DNA of 64,000 nt from an uncultured Bacteroidia bacterium (lineage in GTDB: Bacteria > Bacteroidota > Bacteroidia > Bacteroidales > F082), in NCBI GenBank assembly GCA_902786745.1, contig CADADR010000007.1:80282-144281 (forward strand), written 5' to 3'. Below the pieces are notes generated by a model. The model saw only the letters and a program-made list of their open reading frames with translations. It made no database searches and was not told where the DNA came from. Numbering within the stretch: the first letter of the stretch is position 1; each line of letters starts with the position of its first letter. The position numbers and the translations under genes are program-made. Positions 1 to 9,100 of the stretch are shown here, one piece after another.

Positions 1-573
1 GACGCCAGCATAACACACGGGGTAGCCAGGGCCTGTCTTCACGAATGGCGGGATATCCTTGTTGACCAAGGCACCACCCGATATCATCACATGAGAGCCA
101 ATGCGGCAGAACTGACTCACTGCGGCAAGGCCTCCGAAGATAGCCCAGTCGTCGACAGTGATATGGCCCGCCAAGGTGGCCGCGTTGGCCATGATGACAT
201 GGTCGCCAAGGAAACAGTCGTGCGCCACATGGGTGAAAGCCATCAGCAGACAATCCTTACCCACGACCGTCTTACCCGAAGCCACTGTGCCCTTGTTGAC
301 CGTCGCCGACTCGCGCACCGTGGTGCCGTCGCCGATATAGCAATAGGTGGTCTCACCTTTGTACTTTAGGTCTTGAGGGATAGCCGAGATGACAGCGCCA
401 GGGAAGATCTTGCAGTTCTTTCCGATGCGGGCACCGTCCATGATGACAGCGTTGGGGCCAATCCAGGTGCCACTATCAATCTCCACGTCTTCGCCAATCC
501 ATGCGAAAGCCTCGATCTTCACATCTTCAGCGATGCGGGCATTGGGATGGATATAGGCTAATGGCTGGTTCAT
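1..573 (-). CDS. lpxA: UDP-N-acetylglucosamine O-acyltransferase LpxA, 5' part (gene continues past the left edge)
   Basis: Open-ended, so absent from the ORF track. Minus-strand ATG at 573-571. Own translation MNQPLAYIHPNARIAEDVKIEAFAWIGEDVEIDSGTWIGPN...PQDLKYKGE...HVAHDC shows a hexapeptide beta-helix with LpxA motifs. Starts 2 nt after the lpxC stop. Confidence 0.9.
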   Translation of the reverse strand, partial: MNQPLAYIHPNARIAEDVKIEAFAWIGEDVEIDSGTWIGPNAVIMDGARIGKNCKIFPGAVISAIPQDLKYKGETTYCYIGDGTTVRESATVNKGTVASGKTVVGKDCLLMAFTHVAHDCFLGDHVIMANAATLAGHITVDDWAIFGGLAAVSQFCRIGSHVMISGGALVNKDIPPFVKTGPGYPVCYAGV

Positions 574-575
574 GT

Positions 576-1487
576 TTAATATAATAAGGTGTGCTTGATC
601 TTTCTTGCAAAAGAGGTGTTGGAGAAGTGACCCGGCTTCACCGCAGTCACCTTGCCCTTGATGGGACGGCCGACCAAGGTGAGGTCGCCGATGACATCCA
701 GCAGTTTGTGACGAGCGGGTTCATTGTCGAAATACAGTTCCACATTGTTCAGGATACCGCATTCCTTCACCGTGACTTTCGGCTTCTTGAAGAAGGCAGC
801 GATATGGTCGAGTTCCTCGGAAGAAACGTTACGGTTGACGAACACGATGGCGTTGGTCAGGTCGCCGCCCTTAATGAGGTTACGGCTGATGAGGGTCTCC
901 AACTCATGGAGGAACACAAAGGTACGGCAGGGAGCGATTTCTTTTTCAAAGTCATTGAGGTCGTGCAGAGAGGCATGCTGCTCGTCAAGCACGCGGGTGT
1001 TGTACTTCACCTTGACATCGATCTCGAACCTGTCGCAAGGCTCGATGCTCAACTCAATGCCCAGAACTTCGTTCTTGTAGGAAATAGGTTCCTCGATGAC
1101 GAGGTAGTTGCGATAAGCGTTCTGCTCAACGATGCCAGCCTGATGGATAGCCTCAACGAAATACTTGGCGCTACCGTCCATGATGGGGGTCTCTTCCACG
1201 TCGATGTCAATCAAAACATTATCGATGCCCATGCCACGCAGCGAAGCAAGGACATGTTCGACGGTGTAGATCTTCACGCCACCTTTACCGAGGGTGGTAC
1301 CACGGGCAGTGTCGATGACATTGTCGACATCGGCTTCGATGATAGGTTGGCTTTCAAGGTCAATTCTACGAAAACGAATTCCAGAATTTACGGGAGCCGG
1401 ATTAAAGGTGAGGGTGCCGCACTGACGCGTGTGGAGGCCCGCTCCTTTTATGCTGACTCTATTTTTGAGCGTACATTGTTTCTCCAT
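576..1487 (-). CDS. lpxC: UDP-3-O-acyl-N-acetylglucosamine deacetylase LpxC (stand-alone, not fused to FabZ)
   Basis: ORF 576..1532, with the start moved to ATG 1487 (MEKQCTLKNRVSIKGAGLHT, a typical LpxC N-terminus). Contains the HKLLDVIGDL motif. Lies between lpxD and lpxA. Confidence 0.9.
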   Translation of the reverse strand: MEKQCTLKNRVSIKGAGLHTRQCGTLTFNPAPVNSGIRFRRIDLESQPIIEADVDNVIDTARGTTLGKGGVKIYTVEHVLASLRGMGIDNVLIDIDVEETPIMDGSAKYFVEAIHQAGIVEQNAYRNYLVIEEPISYKNEVLGIELSIEPCDRFEIDVKVKYNTRVLDEQHASLHDLNDFEKEIAPCRTFVFLHELETLISRNLIKGGDLTNAIVFVNRNVSSEELDHIAAFFKKPKVTVKECGILNNVELYFDNEPARHKLLDVIGDLTLVGRPIKGKVTAVKPGHFSNTSFARKIKHTLLY

Positions 1488-1579
1488 AAAAAGACATATA
1501 TGTGGACATTCTTTTCCACAAAAAACGTGCAAAGATAGGAATTATTCTATCACCTGCAAAAAAAAATCCTCATTGGACA

Positions 1580-2629
1580 CTATTTCGGAGCTTTTCCACC
1601 CTTCAGTTCGGCCAATTCCTTTTCGAGTTGTTCCAATTTACGGGCCATCTCGTCGATATGGCGGAAACGAGCATTCGAAACCAGATATTGACGCAACGGC
1701 TGTATCGGGGTGCCCATAAACTCCTTGTTTTCTTCCTTGATGCTGCCCATGATACCGCTTTGTCCGCCGAACTTAGAGCCGTCAGCGATATTGATATGTC
1801 CCACGAAGCCCGACTGGCCACCGACCACGCAGTTCTTGCCGAGATGTGTCGATCCGCTCACGCCCACCTGGGCCGCCAGCGCCGAGTTCTCTCCCACTTC
1901 CACGTTATGGGCCAGATGCACCAGATTGTCGAGTTTCACGCCTTTATGGACACGTGTCGAGCCCATGGTGGAGCGGTCGATGGTGGTGTTGGCGCCAATC
2001 TCAACGTTGTCGTCGATGACCACATTGCCCACCTGCGGAATCTTTTCGTAATGTCCGTCGGGTTGTGGAGCAAAGCCGAAGCCATCCGCGCCAATGACTG
2101 CACCCGCATGAAGAATGCAATTCTTGCCCACCACCGTGTTGCGGTAGAGCTTCACGCCGGGATTTAGCACGGTATTGTCGCCAACGACGCAGCCGTCGCC
2201 CACATATACCTGGGGATAAATCTTCACATTATTACCGATTTTGACGTTCTCGCCCACATAGGCAAACTCACCAAGATAGATATTCTCACCGCATTGCGCC
2301 GTCGAAGACACAAAAGCCAAAGAGGAGATGCCTTGTTTGTTTTGCGTCATCTGGTCGTAGAAGGCCAGCAGCTTGGCAAAGCAGGCATAGGCATCGGGTA
2401 CTCGGATCAAAGTGGCGCTGATAGGAGCCGTTGCCACAAAGTCGTCGTTGACGATGACGATACTCGACTGGGTCTCGTAGATATAGTGTGTGTATTTCGG
2501 ATTGGCCAGGAAACTGATCATGCCGGGAGCGCCTTCTTCGATTTTGGCGACATTCCACACCTCGGCATTCGGGTTGCCTTCCACCTTGCCTTCAAGGATT
2601 CCAGCGATTTGGGTAGCGGTGAATTTCAT
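1580..2629 (-). CDS. lpxD: UDP-3-O-acylglucosamine N-acyltransferase LpxD
   Basis: 349-aa ORF with an LpxD-type N-terminal domain ([20 protein letters not shown]) followed by hexapeptide repeats. Sits upstream of lpxC-lpxA. Confidence 0.9.
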   Translation of the reverse strand: MKFTATQIAGILEGKVEGNPNAEVWNVAKIEEGAPGMISFLANPKYTHYIYETQSSIVIVNDDFVATAPISATLIRVPDAYACFAKLLAFYDQMTQNKQGISSLAFVSSTAQCGENIYLGEFAYVGENVKIGNNVKIYPQVYVGDGCVVGDNTVLNPGVKLYRNTVVGKNCILHAGAVIGADGFGFAPQPDGHYEKIPQVGNVVIDDNVEIGANTTIDRSTMGSTRVHKGVKLDNLVHLAHNVEVGENSALAAQVGVSGSTHLGKNCVVGGQSGFVGHINIADGSKFGGQSGIMGSIKEENKEFMGTPIQPLRQYLVSNARFRHIDEMARKLEQLEKELAELKGGKAPK

Positions 2630-2641
2630 TTTCTTTAGTTT

Positions 2642-3166
2642 TTACAGCAAGCGTTCAAAATCGCGTTTCAGAACAGCGATAGCCTGTTCCACCACGGGAT
2701 TGGGCAAGGCCACCAGGCTCTGTGCCAGGATGGAGACATCCTCCTCGTCCTTCAGTTGCTCAAAAGTAGTATTGATTTGATTGATAAGTTCTTCCTTGGC
2801 ATTCACCACGGCGTTCCATGTGGTATTGGACACATAGAGCTGTTGGGCGAGGTTGTGTTCAAACTCCTCACGTACACTTTGCAGCAGCTGAAGATGGAAA
2901 GCCCCTTTCTCCATGCCGGGCGTATAAATGCGCTTCACCAGTTGGGGCAGCTGCACGCGCTCGAGATAAAGCAGGAAACGCTCATAGGCCTGCACCTTCA
3001 GCGGCATGATGATTTTCAAGGCCTGAACCTTGAGTTCCATAGCCTTCCCGTTACGGAGTTCTGCGTCCTTCATCTTCGAGAGACGGGCCAATATAACCAA
3101 AGCCGCGACCATCAGCAGAAGGCCGGCGCACATGATGGCGATGATAATCCAAGTGTTGGTGTTCAT
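2642..3166 (-). CDS. hypothetical membrane-anchored protein (single N-terminal TM helix, helical remainder)
   Basis: 174-aa ORF starting at an ATG, with hydrophobic segment WIIIAIMCAGLLLMVAALVILA. No family recognised. Confidence 0.6.
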   Translation of the reverse strand: MNTNTWIIIAIMCAGLLLMVAALVILARLSKMKDAELRNGKAMELKVQALKIIMPLKVQAYERFLLYLERVQLPQLVKRIYTPGMEKGAFHLQLLQSVREEFEHNLAQQLYVSNTTWNAVVNAKEELINQINTTFEQLKDEEDVSILAQSLVALPNPVVEQAIAVLKRDFERLL

Positions 3167-3255
3167 TTTTCGATGAAATTGGGCTGCAAAGGTAATGTTT
3201 TTCCTTTAATAATCAATTTTTCAGGGTATTCTGCCCACCCTATCGAAAAAAGGCC

Positions 3256-3263
3256 TACCTTTG
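3256..3263 (+). promoter_or_regulatory. Bacteroidota sigma-A -7 box (TACCTTTG) upstream of the aminotransferase gene
   Basis: Matches the TAnnTTTG consensus and is followed by GTAG/GCAG context, as at many other operon starts in this window. Confidence 0.5.
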
Positions 3264-3357
3264 TAGCCGCTTGTTGCCTCATCGCGGGCGAGACCCGCAA
3301 TCTCACAAGCGTCTACAAACAAACGTCAACAATCAAGCATTAACAATAGACACAATC

Positions 3358-4566
3358 ATGAGTGAAATCATCCTTTCCAACAGAGTATTGAACATGGCTG
3401 AGTCGGCAACGCTGGCCATGACCAACAAGAGCCGTGAGCTGAAAGCCCAAGGCATCGACGTCATCAGCCTGAGCATCGGTGAACCCGACTTCAACACGCC
3501 CGAATCGGCCAAGCAAGCTGGTGTCGACGCCATCAACAATAACGACACGCACTACCCGCCTGTGCCTGGTACGCCCGCCTTGCGCAAGGCCATCGCCAAC
3601 AAGCTGAAACGCGACAACGGCCTCGACTATAAGGATACCGATATCCTCGTCTCGAATGGTGCCAAGCAAGCCATCAACAACGTGCTTTTAGCCATCGTCA
3701 ACGACGGCGACGAGGTCATCATCCCCGCCCCGTTCTGGGTGTCCTACCCCGAGATGGTGAAGCTGGCTGGTGGTGTGCCCGTCATCGTCAAGAGCGACAT
3801 GGCCCACGACTTCAAGATCACGGCCGAGCAGCTGGAGAATGCCATCACCCGCAAGACCAAGGCCCTGCTCATCAACACGCCTTGCAACCCCAGCGGCAGC
3901 GTCTTCACCAAGGCCGAGCTGACCGCCATCGCAGAGGTGCTGAAGAAATACCCGAACATCATCATCATCTCCGATGAGATCTATGAGTTCATCCAATATG
4001 AGCACAAGCACGAGAGCATGGGACAGTTCGACTTCTTGAAAGACCGCCTCGTCCTCGTCAACGGCGTAGCCAAGGGTTATGCCATGACGGGTTGGCGCAT
4101 CGGCTACATCGCCGCTCCGCAAGCCATCGTGAAGGCCACCAACAAGATCCAAGGCCAGATCACCTCTGGTATCTGCACCATCGCACAAGCTGCCGCCGCC
4201 AAGGCCATGGAGCTCAGCCCTGAGAACTCCAAGGAGATCCAAGACATGCTCGCCGCCTTCCGTCACCGCCGCGACACCTTCGTGAAGCTGCTGAACGAGA
4301 TCCCTGGCGTGAAGTGCAACACCCCCGCCGGTGCCTTCTATGTCTTCCCCGAGATGAAGTCGTTCTACGGCAAGACCGACGGCGAGACCGTCATCAAGGG
4401 CAGTGACGACCTCTGCATGTGGCTGCTTTACAACGCCCATGTGGCTTGCGTGGCTGGTAACGCCTTCGGCAACGACGACTGCATCCGCCTGTCGTATGCC
4501 ACCAGCGAAGACAAGCTCATCGAGGCCGTGAAGCGCATCAAGGCCGCTTTGGCAAAACTGCACTAA
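3358..4566 (+). CDS. aspC: pyridoxal-phosphate-dependent aminotransferase (aspartate aminotransferase class I)
   Basis: ORF 3271..4566, with the start moved to ATG 3358 (MSEIILSNRVLNMAESATLAMTNKSRELKAQGIDVISLSIGEPDFNTP). Carries the NPSG and AKGYAMTGWRIGY motifs. Confidence 0.85.
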   Translation: MSEIILSNRVLNMAESATLAMTNKSRELKAQGIDVISLSIGEPDFNTPESAKQAGVDAINNNDTHYPPVPGTPALRKAIANKLKRDNGLDYKDTDILVSNGAKQAINNVLLAIVNDGDEVIIPAPFWVSYPEMVKLAGGVPVIVKSDMAHDFKITAEQLENAITRKTKALLINTPCNPSGSVFTKAELTAIAEVLKKYPNIIIISDEIYEFIQYEHKHESMGQFDFLKDRLVLVNGVAKGYAMTGWRIGYIAAPQAIVKATNKIQGQITSGICTIAQAAAAKAMELSPENSKEIQDMLAAFRHRRDTFVKLLNEIPGVKCNTPAGAFYVFPEMKSFYGKTDGETVIKGSDDLCMWLLYNAHVACVAGNAFGNDDCIRLSYATSEDKLIEAVKRIKAALAKLH

Positions 4567-4580
4567 TGCAACAAACTAAA

Positions 4581-4620
4581 CGCTCCGTTGGCAATAAAAC
4601 GCGCCAGCGGAGCGTTTTTC
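4581..4620 (+). terminator. rho-independent terminator after the aminotransferase gene
   Basis: 12-bp stem cgctccgttggc/gccagcggagcg (one G-T pair) followed by a T-run. Confidence 0.7.
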
Positions 4621-4637
4621 ATTTAAACACCTACGAC

Positions 4638-5243
4638 ATGACATTCATTCAGCAGGCCATCAGCATCTTCAACCAAGCCATCGAAGACTATCACAAGTAT
4701 GACGACGTGGACCATCCTTGCGACAACCCCTACGAGGAGCATTCCATCGAAGGATACCTTTACAAAAAGGAATGGATCGACACCGTACAGTGGCACCTCG
4801 AAGACCTCATCCGCGACCCGAACATCGACCCGGCGACAGCCTTGACCTTGAAACGGCGCATCGACAAGTCGAATCAGGACCGCACCGACCTCGTGGAGAT
4901 GATTGACGAGTATTACTGGCAACTCTTCCAACAAGTGAAGCCCCAACCGAAGGCTACACTTAACACAGAGAGTCCCGCATGGGCCATCGACCGGCTGTCC
5001 ATCTTGCAGTTGAAGATCTATCACATGAAGGTAGAAGTGGCAAGAGCCAATGTCAGCGAAACGCACAAGGCCAAATGCCAAGCCAAACTTGATGTGCTGC
5101 TGGAGCAAAACACCGACTTGAGCACCGCCATCAGTCAACTCTTGGAGGCTTACCAGCGGGGCGAGAAGGTGATGAAGGTATACAAGCAGATGAAGATGTA
5201 CAATGACCCTGCATTGAACCCTGTGCTCTACGGTCAAAAATGA
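4638..5243 (+). CDS. DUF4254-like protein (usual partner of GT9 glycosyltransferases)
   Basis: ORF 4566..5243, with the start moved to ATG 4638 because the upstream part overlaps the terminator. The stop overlaps the GT9 start (ATGA). Family assignment is from memory of this conserved gene pair. Confidence 0.6.
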   Translation: MTFIQQAISIFNQAIEDYHKYDDVDHPCDNPYEEHSIEGYLYKKEWIDTVQWHLEDLIRDPNIDPATALTLKRRIDKSNQDRTDLVEMIDEYYWQLFQQVKPQPKATLNTESPAWAIDRLSILQLKIYHMKVEVARANVSETHKAKCQAKLDVLLEQNTDLSTAISQLLEAYQRGEKVMKVYKQMKMYNDPALNPVLYGQK

Positions 5244-6244
5244 AAAAACTCCTTGTCATACGGTTCTCCGCCTTAGGCGACATAGCAATGACTGTTCCTG
5301 TCGTCCACGACTTGGCCGTGCAATATCCCGACTTGAATATCACCATGCTTAGTCGGGAGATGGCGAGGCCTTTGTTTGAGCAGATGCCCGAGAACGTTCA
5401 CTTCATCGCAGCGGATCTGAAAGGTCGGCACAAGGGATTGCTTGGACTCTGCCGTCTATGGCGCGATGCCCATCTGAGCGACTTCGACTACATTGCCGAC
5501 TTCCATGACGTGCTGCGTACCTGGTGGTTGCGTGCCGAAGGTTGTCTGCGACGCAAAAAGGTGGCCAAGATCGACAAGGGACGCAAAGGCAAGAAGGCCT
5601 TGACACGTCAGAAAAACAAGGTTTTCGTCCAACAAGCCACCTCGTTCGAGCGCTATGCCAAGGTGTTGGAACATTTGGGATTCCCGATAAAACCGCAATT
5701 CACTAAGCTCGATTATTCAGCTTTTTGCGAAACGCAAAAAGAAGACCATGAGACTTGGGTCGGCATTGCGCCGTTTGCCAAACACCTCGCTAAAGTCTAT
5801 CCATTGGGGAATATGGAGCAAGTCATCAAGACCTTGAGCGAGAGGAAAAACACGACCATCTTCCTTTTCGGTGGTGGCGAAGAAGAAAAACGGCAGATTG
5901 CCGAGCTTTGCGCCAAATACCCGAACGTGAAAGCTGCTCAAAGCCAACAAGGCTTGAAAGGCGAATTGGCCTTAATGGGCCAGTTGGACGTAATGCTCTC
6001 AATGGACTCCGCCAACATGCACTTGGCATCCTTGGTCGGGACACGAGTGGTCTCCCTCTGGGGCGGCACCCATCCCTATACCGGTTTCATGGGGTGGAAC
6101 CAAAAGACAGAAGACTGCATCCAGCTGGATTTGCCTTGCCGACCCTGTTCGGTGTACGGCAACAAGCCTTGCCTGCGGGGCGACTACGCCTGTATGAACG
6201 GCATCGCGCCCGAACAAATCATCGAAAAGCTTGGTCTGTCATGA
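5240..6244 (+). CDS. glycosyltransferase family 9 (LPS heptosyltransferase-like)
   Basis: MKKLLVIRFSALGDIAMTVPVV is a typical GT9 N-terminus. 334 aa. Confidence 0.8.
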   Translation: MKKLLVIRFSALGDIAMTVPVVHDLAVQYPDLNITMLSREMARPLFEQMPENVHFIAADLKGRHKGLLGLCRLWRDAHLSDFDYIADFHDVLRTWWLRAEGCLRRKKVAKIDKGRKGKKALTRQKNKVFVQQATSFERYAKVLEHLGFPIKPQFTKLDYSAFCETQKEDHETWVGIAPFAKHLAKVYPLGNMEQVIKTLSERKNTTIFLFGGGEEEKRQIAELCAKYPNVKAAQSQQGLKGELALMGQLDVMLSMDSANMHLASLVGTRVVSLWGGTHPYTGFMGWNQKTEDCIQLDLPCRPCSVYGNKPCLRGDYACMNGIAPEQIIEKLGLS

Positions 6245-6936
6245 GCGTCTCCCCCATCGCCGTCATGTTCGACCGCATCGCGTCAAAGTACGATGCGCTC
6301 AACCATTTGCTCTCCCTGAATATAGACAAGGTGTGGCGGCGAAAGACAGCCATAGCGGTGGCAAAGGCGCATCCCACAACCGTCCTTGACCTCGCCACTG
6401 GAACAGCCGATTTGGCCATTGCCTTAGCCAGGCACAATCCTCAGGCCCACATCGTTGGCATGGATATCTCCGAAAAGATGCTGGACATCGGGAAACAAAA
6501 AGTGGCCAAACAAAACCTTGAAAGCCAAATCGAATTGCGTCACGGAGATGCCGCCGCCTTGCCTTTTGAGGACGAGCATTTCGATGCCGTCACTGTGGCC
6601 TTCGGCGTCAGAAACTTCGAGGACTTGGACAAGGGTCTTTCGGAGATCAGTCGTATGTTGAAGTCCAACGGACAGGCGGTCATCTTGGAGTTTTCCATGC
6701 CTAAGAGATTCCCCGTAAAGCAACTCTACCGTTTCTATTTCAAGCGTATTCTTCCAAAGATTGGAAAAACCGTTTCAAAAGACCCAGGGGCATACGATTA
6801 CCTACCCGTTTCGGTAGAGCGTTTCCCAAGACCCGATGCCTTCCTTGAACTGATGAAACAACATGGGTTGGCTGAAGGCCATGCCCGTCCACTCACTTTT
6901 GGCATCGCCACATTATACACCGCCACCAAATCATAA
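6241..6936 (+). CDS. menG: demethylmenaquinone methyltransferase (UbiE/MenG)
   Basis: ORF 5908..6936, with the start moved to ATG 6241, which overlaps the GT9 stop. Contains FDRIASKYDALNHLLSLNIDKVWRRK and the SAM-binding motif VLDLATGTADL. Confidence 0.9.
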   Translation: MSVSPIAVMFDRIASKYDALNHLLSLNIDKVWRRKTAIAVAKAHPTTVLDLATGTADLAIALARHNPQAHIVGMDISEKMLDIGKQKVAKQNLESQIELRHGDAAALPFEDEHFDAVTVAFGVRNFEDLDKGLSEISRMLKSNGQAVILEFSMPKRFPVKQLYRFYFKRILPKIGKTVSKDPGAYDYLPVSVERFPRPDAFLELMKQHGLAEGHARPLTFGIATLYTATKS

Positions 6937-7025
6937 GGTATTTCTTTTTTTACTATTTTTGCCGCGGTTTTATTGCAATAAAAGCGCACGAAATGCGTTA
7001 ATCAGACATCTAAACACTCAAGATC

Positions 7026-7826
7026 TTGAAGAAAGCACTGAAAATATTGGCTGTCATGCTGTTGCTCACTGCGACGGTTATTCCGGCACAAGCCCAAAGA
7101 AGGGTGGTCAGATATTTGCCCAAGTATGAGCAGGAGCCCTATCATTTTGGATTTTTGCTGGCTTACAACCAGATGATGTATACCGTGAAGACCGTGGAGA
7201 ACTACCAAAACGCGGCTCAGCCTGCCGATTCATGGCCCAGCGGCCCTTATAGCATCTCCAACACCAGCTGCCTCTATGTCTATAACATCGAGACTTTGCA
7301 GACACCAGGTTTCACCGTGGGTATCATTGGCAGCAAACGCCTCGGCCGGTATTTCGACCTGCGTTTTATTCCCTCGTTGAGTTTCAGCGAACGACGCATG
7401 CGATACGACATCGCCGTGGTCAGTAGAGACAACACAGTCGACATGAAAGCCATCACCAAGTCGATCGGCACCACCTTTGTGGAGTTCCCTCTCAACATCA
7501 AGTACCGTTCAAAACGATACAACAACATTGGTGCTTACCTTATGGGCGGTGTCAACCCGAAACTCGACCTTGCCTCGCAGAAGGATAACAAGGAGATTGA
7601 CGGCCAAGGCAATGAGTTCATCAACAACCTCGTCACCAAGCGTTTCGACTGCGCCGCTGAACTCGGAGCCGGATTCGACATCTACAACCAGTGGTTCAAG
7701 ATGGGCATCGAGGTCAAGATGAGCTACGGACTGCTTGACATCGTGAAGAACCAAGCCTTCATCTACACCGCTCCTATCGACAAATTGCGCAACAAAATGT
7801 TCCAGATTTCGCTTTTGTTCGAATAA
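7026..7826 (+). CDS. porT: PorT/SprT-like outer-membrane beta-barrel protein (T9SS-associated)
   Basis: 266 aa with signal peptide MKKALKILAVMLLLTATVIPAQA and C-terminal ...SLLFE. The first codon is TTG. The position next to ubiE/menG matches my recollection of porT/sprT synteny. Confidence 0.55.
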   Translation: MKKALKILAVMLLLTATVIPAQAQRRVVRYLPKYEQEPYHFGFLLAYNQMMYTVKTVENYQNAAQPADSWPSGPYSISNTSCLYVYNIETLQTPGFTVGIIGSKRLGRYFDLRFIPSLSFSERRMRYDIAVVSRDNTVDMKAITKSIGTTFVEFPLNIKYRSKRYNNIGAYLMGGVNPKLDLASQKDNKEIDGQGNEFINNLVTKRFDCAAELGAGFDIYNQWFKMGIEVKMSYGLLDIVKNQAFIYTAPIDKLRNKMFQISLLFE

Positions 7827-7949
7827 TTTTGATTATTGTATTTTATTGGTTATAAGTAATTTACAAATTATTGTAGACTTTTTTTCAAGGAATATGTTGC
7901 GGGTATTGAAATTTTCTCTACTTTTGCAGCGTCAAAAATGACACGAAGT

Positions 7950-8026
7950 GGTCTCTTCGTCTAGTCTGGTCAGGACGTCAGGTTTTCATCCTGGTAACTC
8001 GGGTTCAAATCCCGGAGAGACTACCA
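7950..8026 (+). tRNA. tRNA-Glu (anticodon TTC), CCA encoded
   Basis: Hand-folded cloverleaf with acceptor GGTCTCT/AGAGACT, D stem GTCT/AGGAC, anticodon stem TCAGG/CCTGG with loop TTTTCAT, and T arm TCGGG-TTCAAAT-CCCGG. Discriminator A at 8023 is followed by CCA. Confidence 0.93.
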
Positions 8027-8030
8027 ACCA

Positions 8031-8057
8031 AGCCCGCCAAAGCAGCGGGCTTTTTTA
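8031..8057 (+). terminator. rho-independent terminator after tRNA-Glu
   Basis: Stem agcccgc/gcgggct followed by TTTTTT. Confidence 0.75.
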
Positions 8058-8075
8058 TTGTCAACTATTTGCACT

Positions 8076-9041
8076 ATGAACAAACTACAAGTCGTCGTCA
8101 GCAACCAATACGACCCCTTCTTCAACCGCGCCGTGGAGCAATACCTCACGGACCATCAGGAAGGAGGCACGGTCACCTTGTACCTTTGGAAAAACCAGCA
8201 GACGGTGGTCATCGGTTACAACCAGAACCCCTATTCTGAATGCAATGTCAAGTTATTGCTCGACGAAGGCGGCCATCTGATGCGTCGCGGTACGGGTGGC
8301 GGTGCCGTTTACCACGACTTGGGCAACATCAACTTCTCGTTCATTGCCGACAAGTCTTTATATGACGTAAGGAAACAACTTTCGGTCATCCAAGACGCAC
8401 TGCTTGCATACGGCTTGAAAGCTGAGATATCGGGACGCAACGACCTCACTTGCGAAGGACGCAAATTCAGCGGCAATGCCTTCGCCAAAGGGAAAAACAA
8501 CAACCTTCACCACGGCACCATCCTCATCAAGACTGATGGAGAGATGATGCAGCGTTACCTCATCGTCGACAAGGCCAAACTGATGAAAAACGGCGTGAAG
8601 AGCGTGGCCAGCCGTGTGGTCAACCTCAGCGAACTCGTGCCTGAATTGACTTCAGAGAACATCAAGAATCCATTGATTACCTCCTTTGAGAAGGTTTACG
8701 GGAGCGAGGCCATCACCCTCGACTTCGACACCTTAATAAATAACCCCGAGGTACGTGCCATCGAAGCGGAGATATCGTCGCACGACTTCCTCTTCGGCCG
8801 CTGGGAGCAGTTCAAGACCACGAAGAAGGCCCGTTTCGCATGGGGCGGCGTGGAGATTGCGCTGCAAATCGACGAGGCCAACGCCAAAATCAAGGGCATC
8901 CAAATCGCCTCGGACTGCCTTGAGCCTGACACCATCCAACAAGCCGAACAATTGCTGCAAGGCGCTAGCACCAAGTCAGCACCCAATGATGATTCAGGTA
9001 ACGAAATCATCCACGACATCATCCATTTGATCTACAGCTGA
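8076..9041 (+). CDS. lplA: lipoate-protein ligase A
   Basis: ORF 8058..9041 starts at a TTG, so the start was moved to ATG 8076. Carries the diagnostic RRGTGGGAVYHDLGN motif. Confidence 0.85.
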   Translation: MNKLQVVVSNQYDPFFNRAVEQYLTDHQEGGTVTLYLWKNQQTVVIGYNQNPYSECNVKLLLDEGGHLMRRGTGGGAVYHDLGNINFSFIADKSLYDVRKQLSVIQDALLAYGLKAEISGRNDLTCEGRKFSGNAFAKGKNNNLHHGTILIKTDGEMMQRYLIVDKAKLMKNGVKSVASRVVNLSELVPELTSENIKNPLITSFEKVYGSEAITLDFDTLINNPEVRAIEAEISSHDFLFGRWEQFKTTKKARFAWGGVEIALQIDEANAKIKGIQIASDCLEPDTIQQAEQLLQGASTKSAPNDDSGNEIIHDIIHLIYS

Positions 9042-9052
9042 ACAAAAAAGCG

Positions 9053-9060
9053 TACCTTTG
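9053..9060 (+). promoter_or_regulatory. -7 box TACCTTTG upstream of miaB
   Basis: Matches TAnnTTTG. Lies 41 nt before the ATG and is followed by an AT-rich leader. Confidence 0.5.
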
Positions 9061-9100
9061 CAGCCCAATTTTCAATTATAAATTGTCAATTATCAATTAA

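Noticed and set aside
591-1538. Gene-length antisense ORFs without stops, opposite clearly conserved genes. Examples are 591..1538 vs lpxC, 3688..4563 vs aspC, 39356..40330 vs korB, 40965..42050 vs korA, 46988..47926 vs the kinase-AAA gene, 47992..48879 and 48994..49956 vs gyrB, and 52119..53393 vs the TPR gene.
   Set aside because: The opposite strand encodes proteins with unmistakable family motifs. The antisense translations are low-complexity (rich in V/G/D/H/L/A) and lack promoter boxes. This is the usual by-product of codon-position GC bias, not overlapping genes.
5908-6240. The long N-terminal extension of the menG ORF overlapping the GT9 gene in another frame.
   Set aside because: The methyltransferase homology starts at ATG 6241, which overlaps the GT9 stop in a typical ATGA junction. 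The extension is Arg/Pro-rich out-of-frame GT9 sequence.
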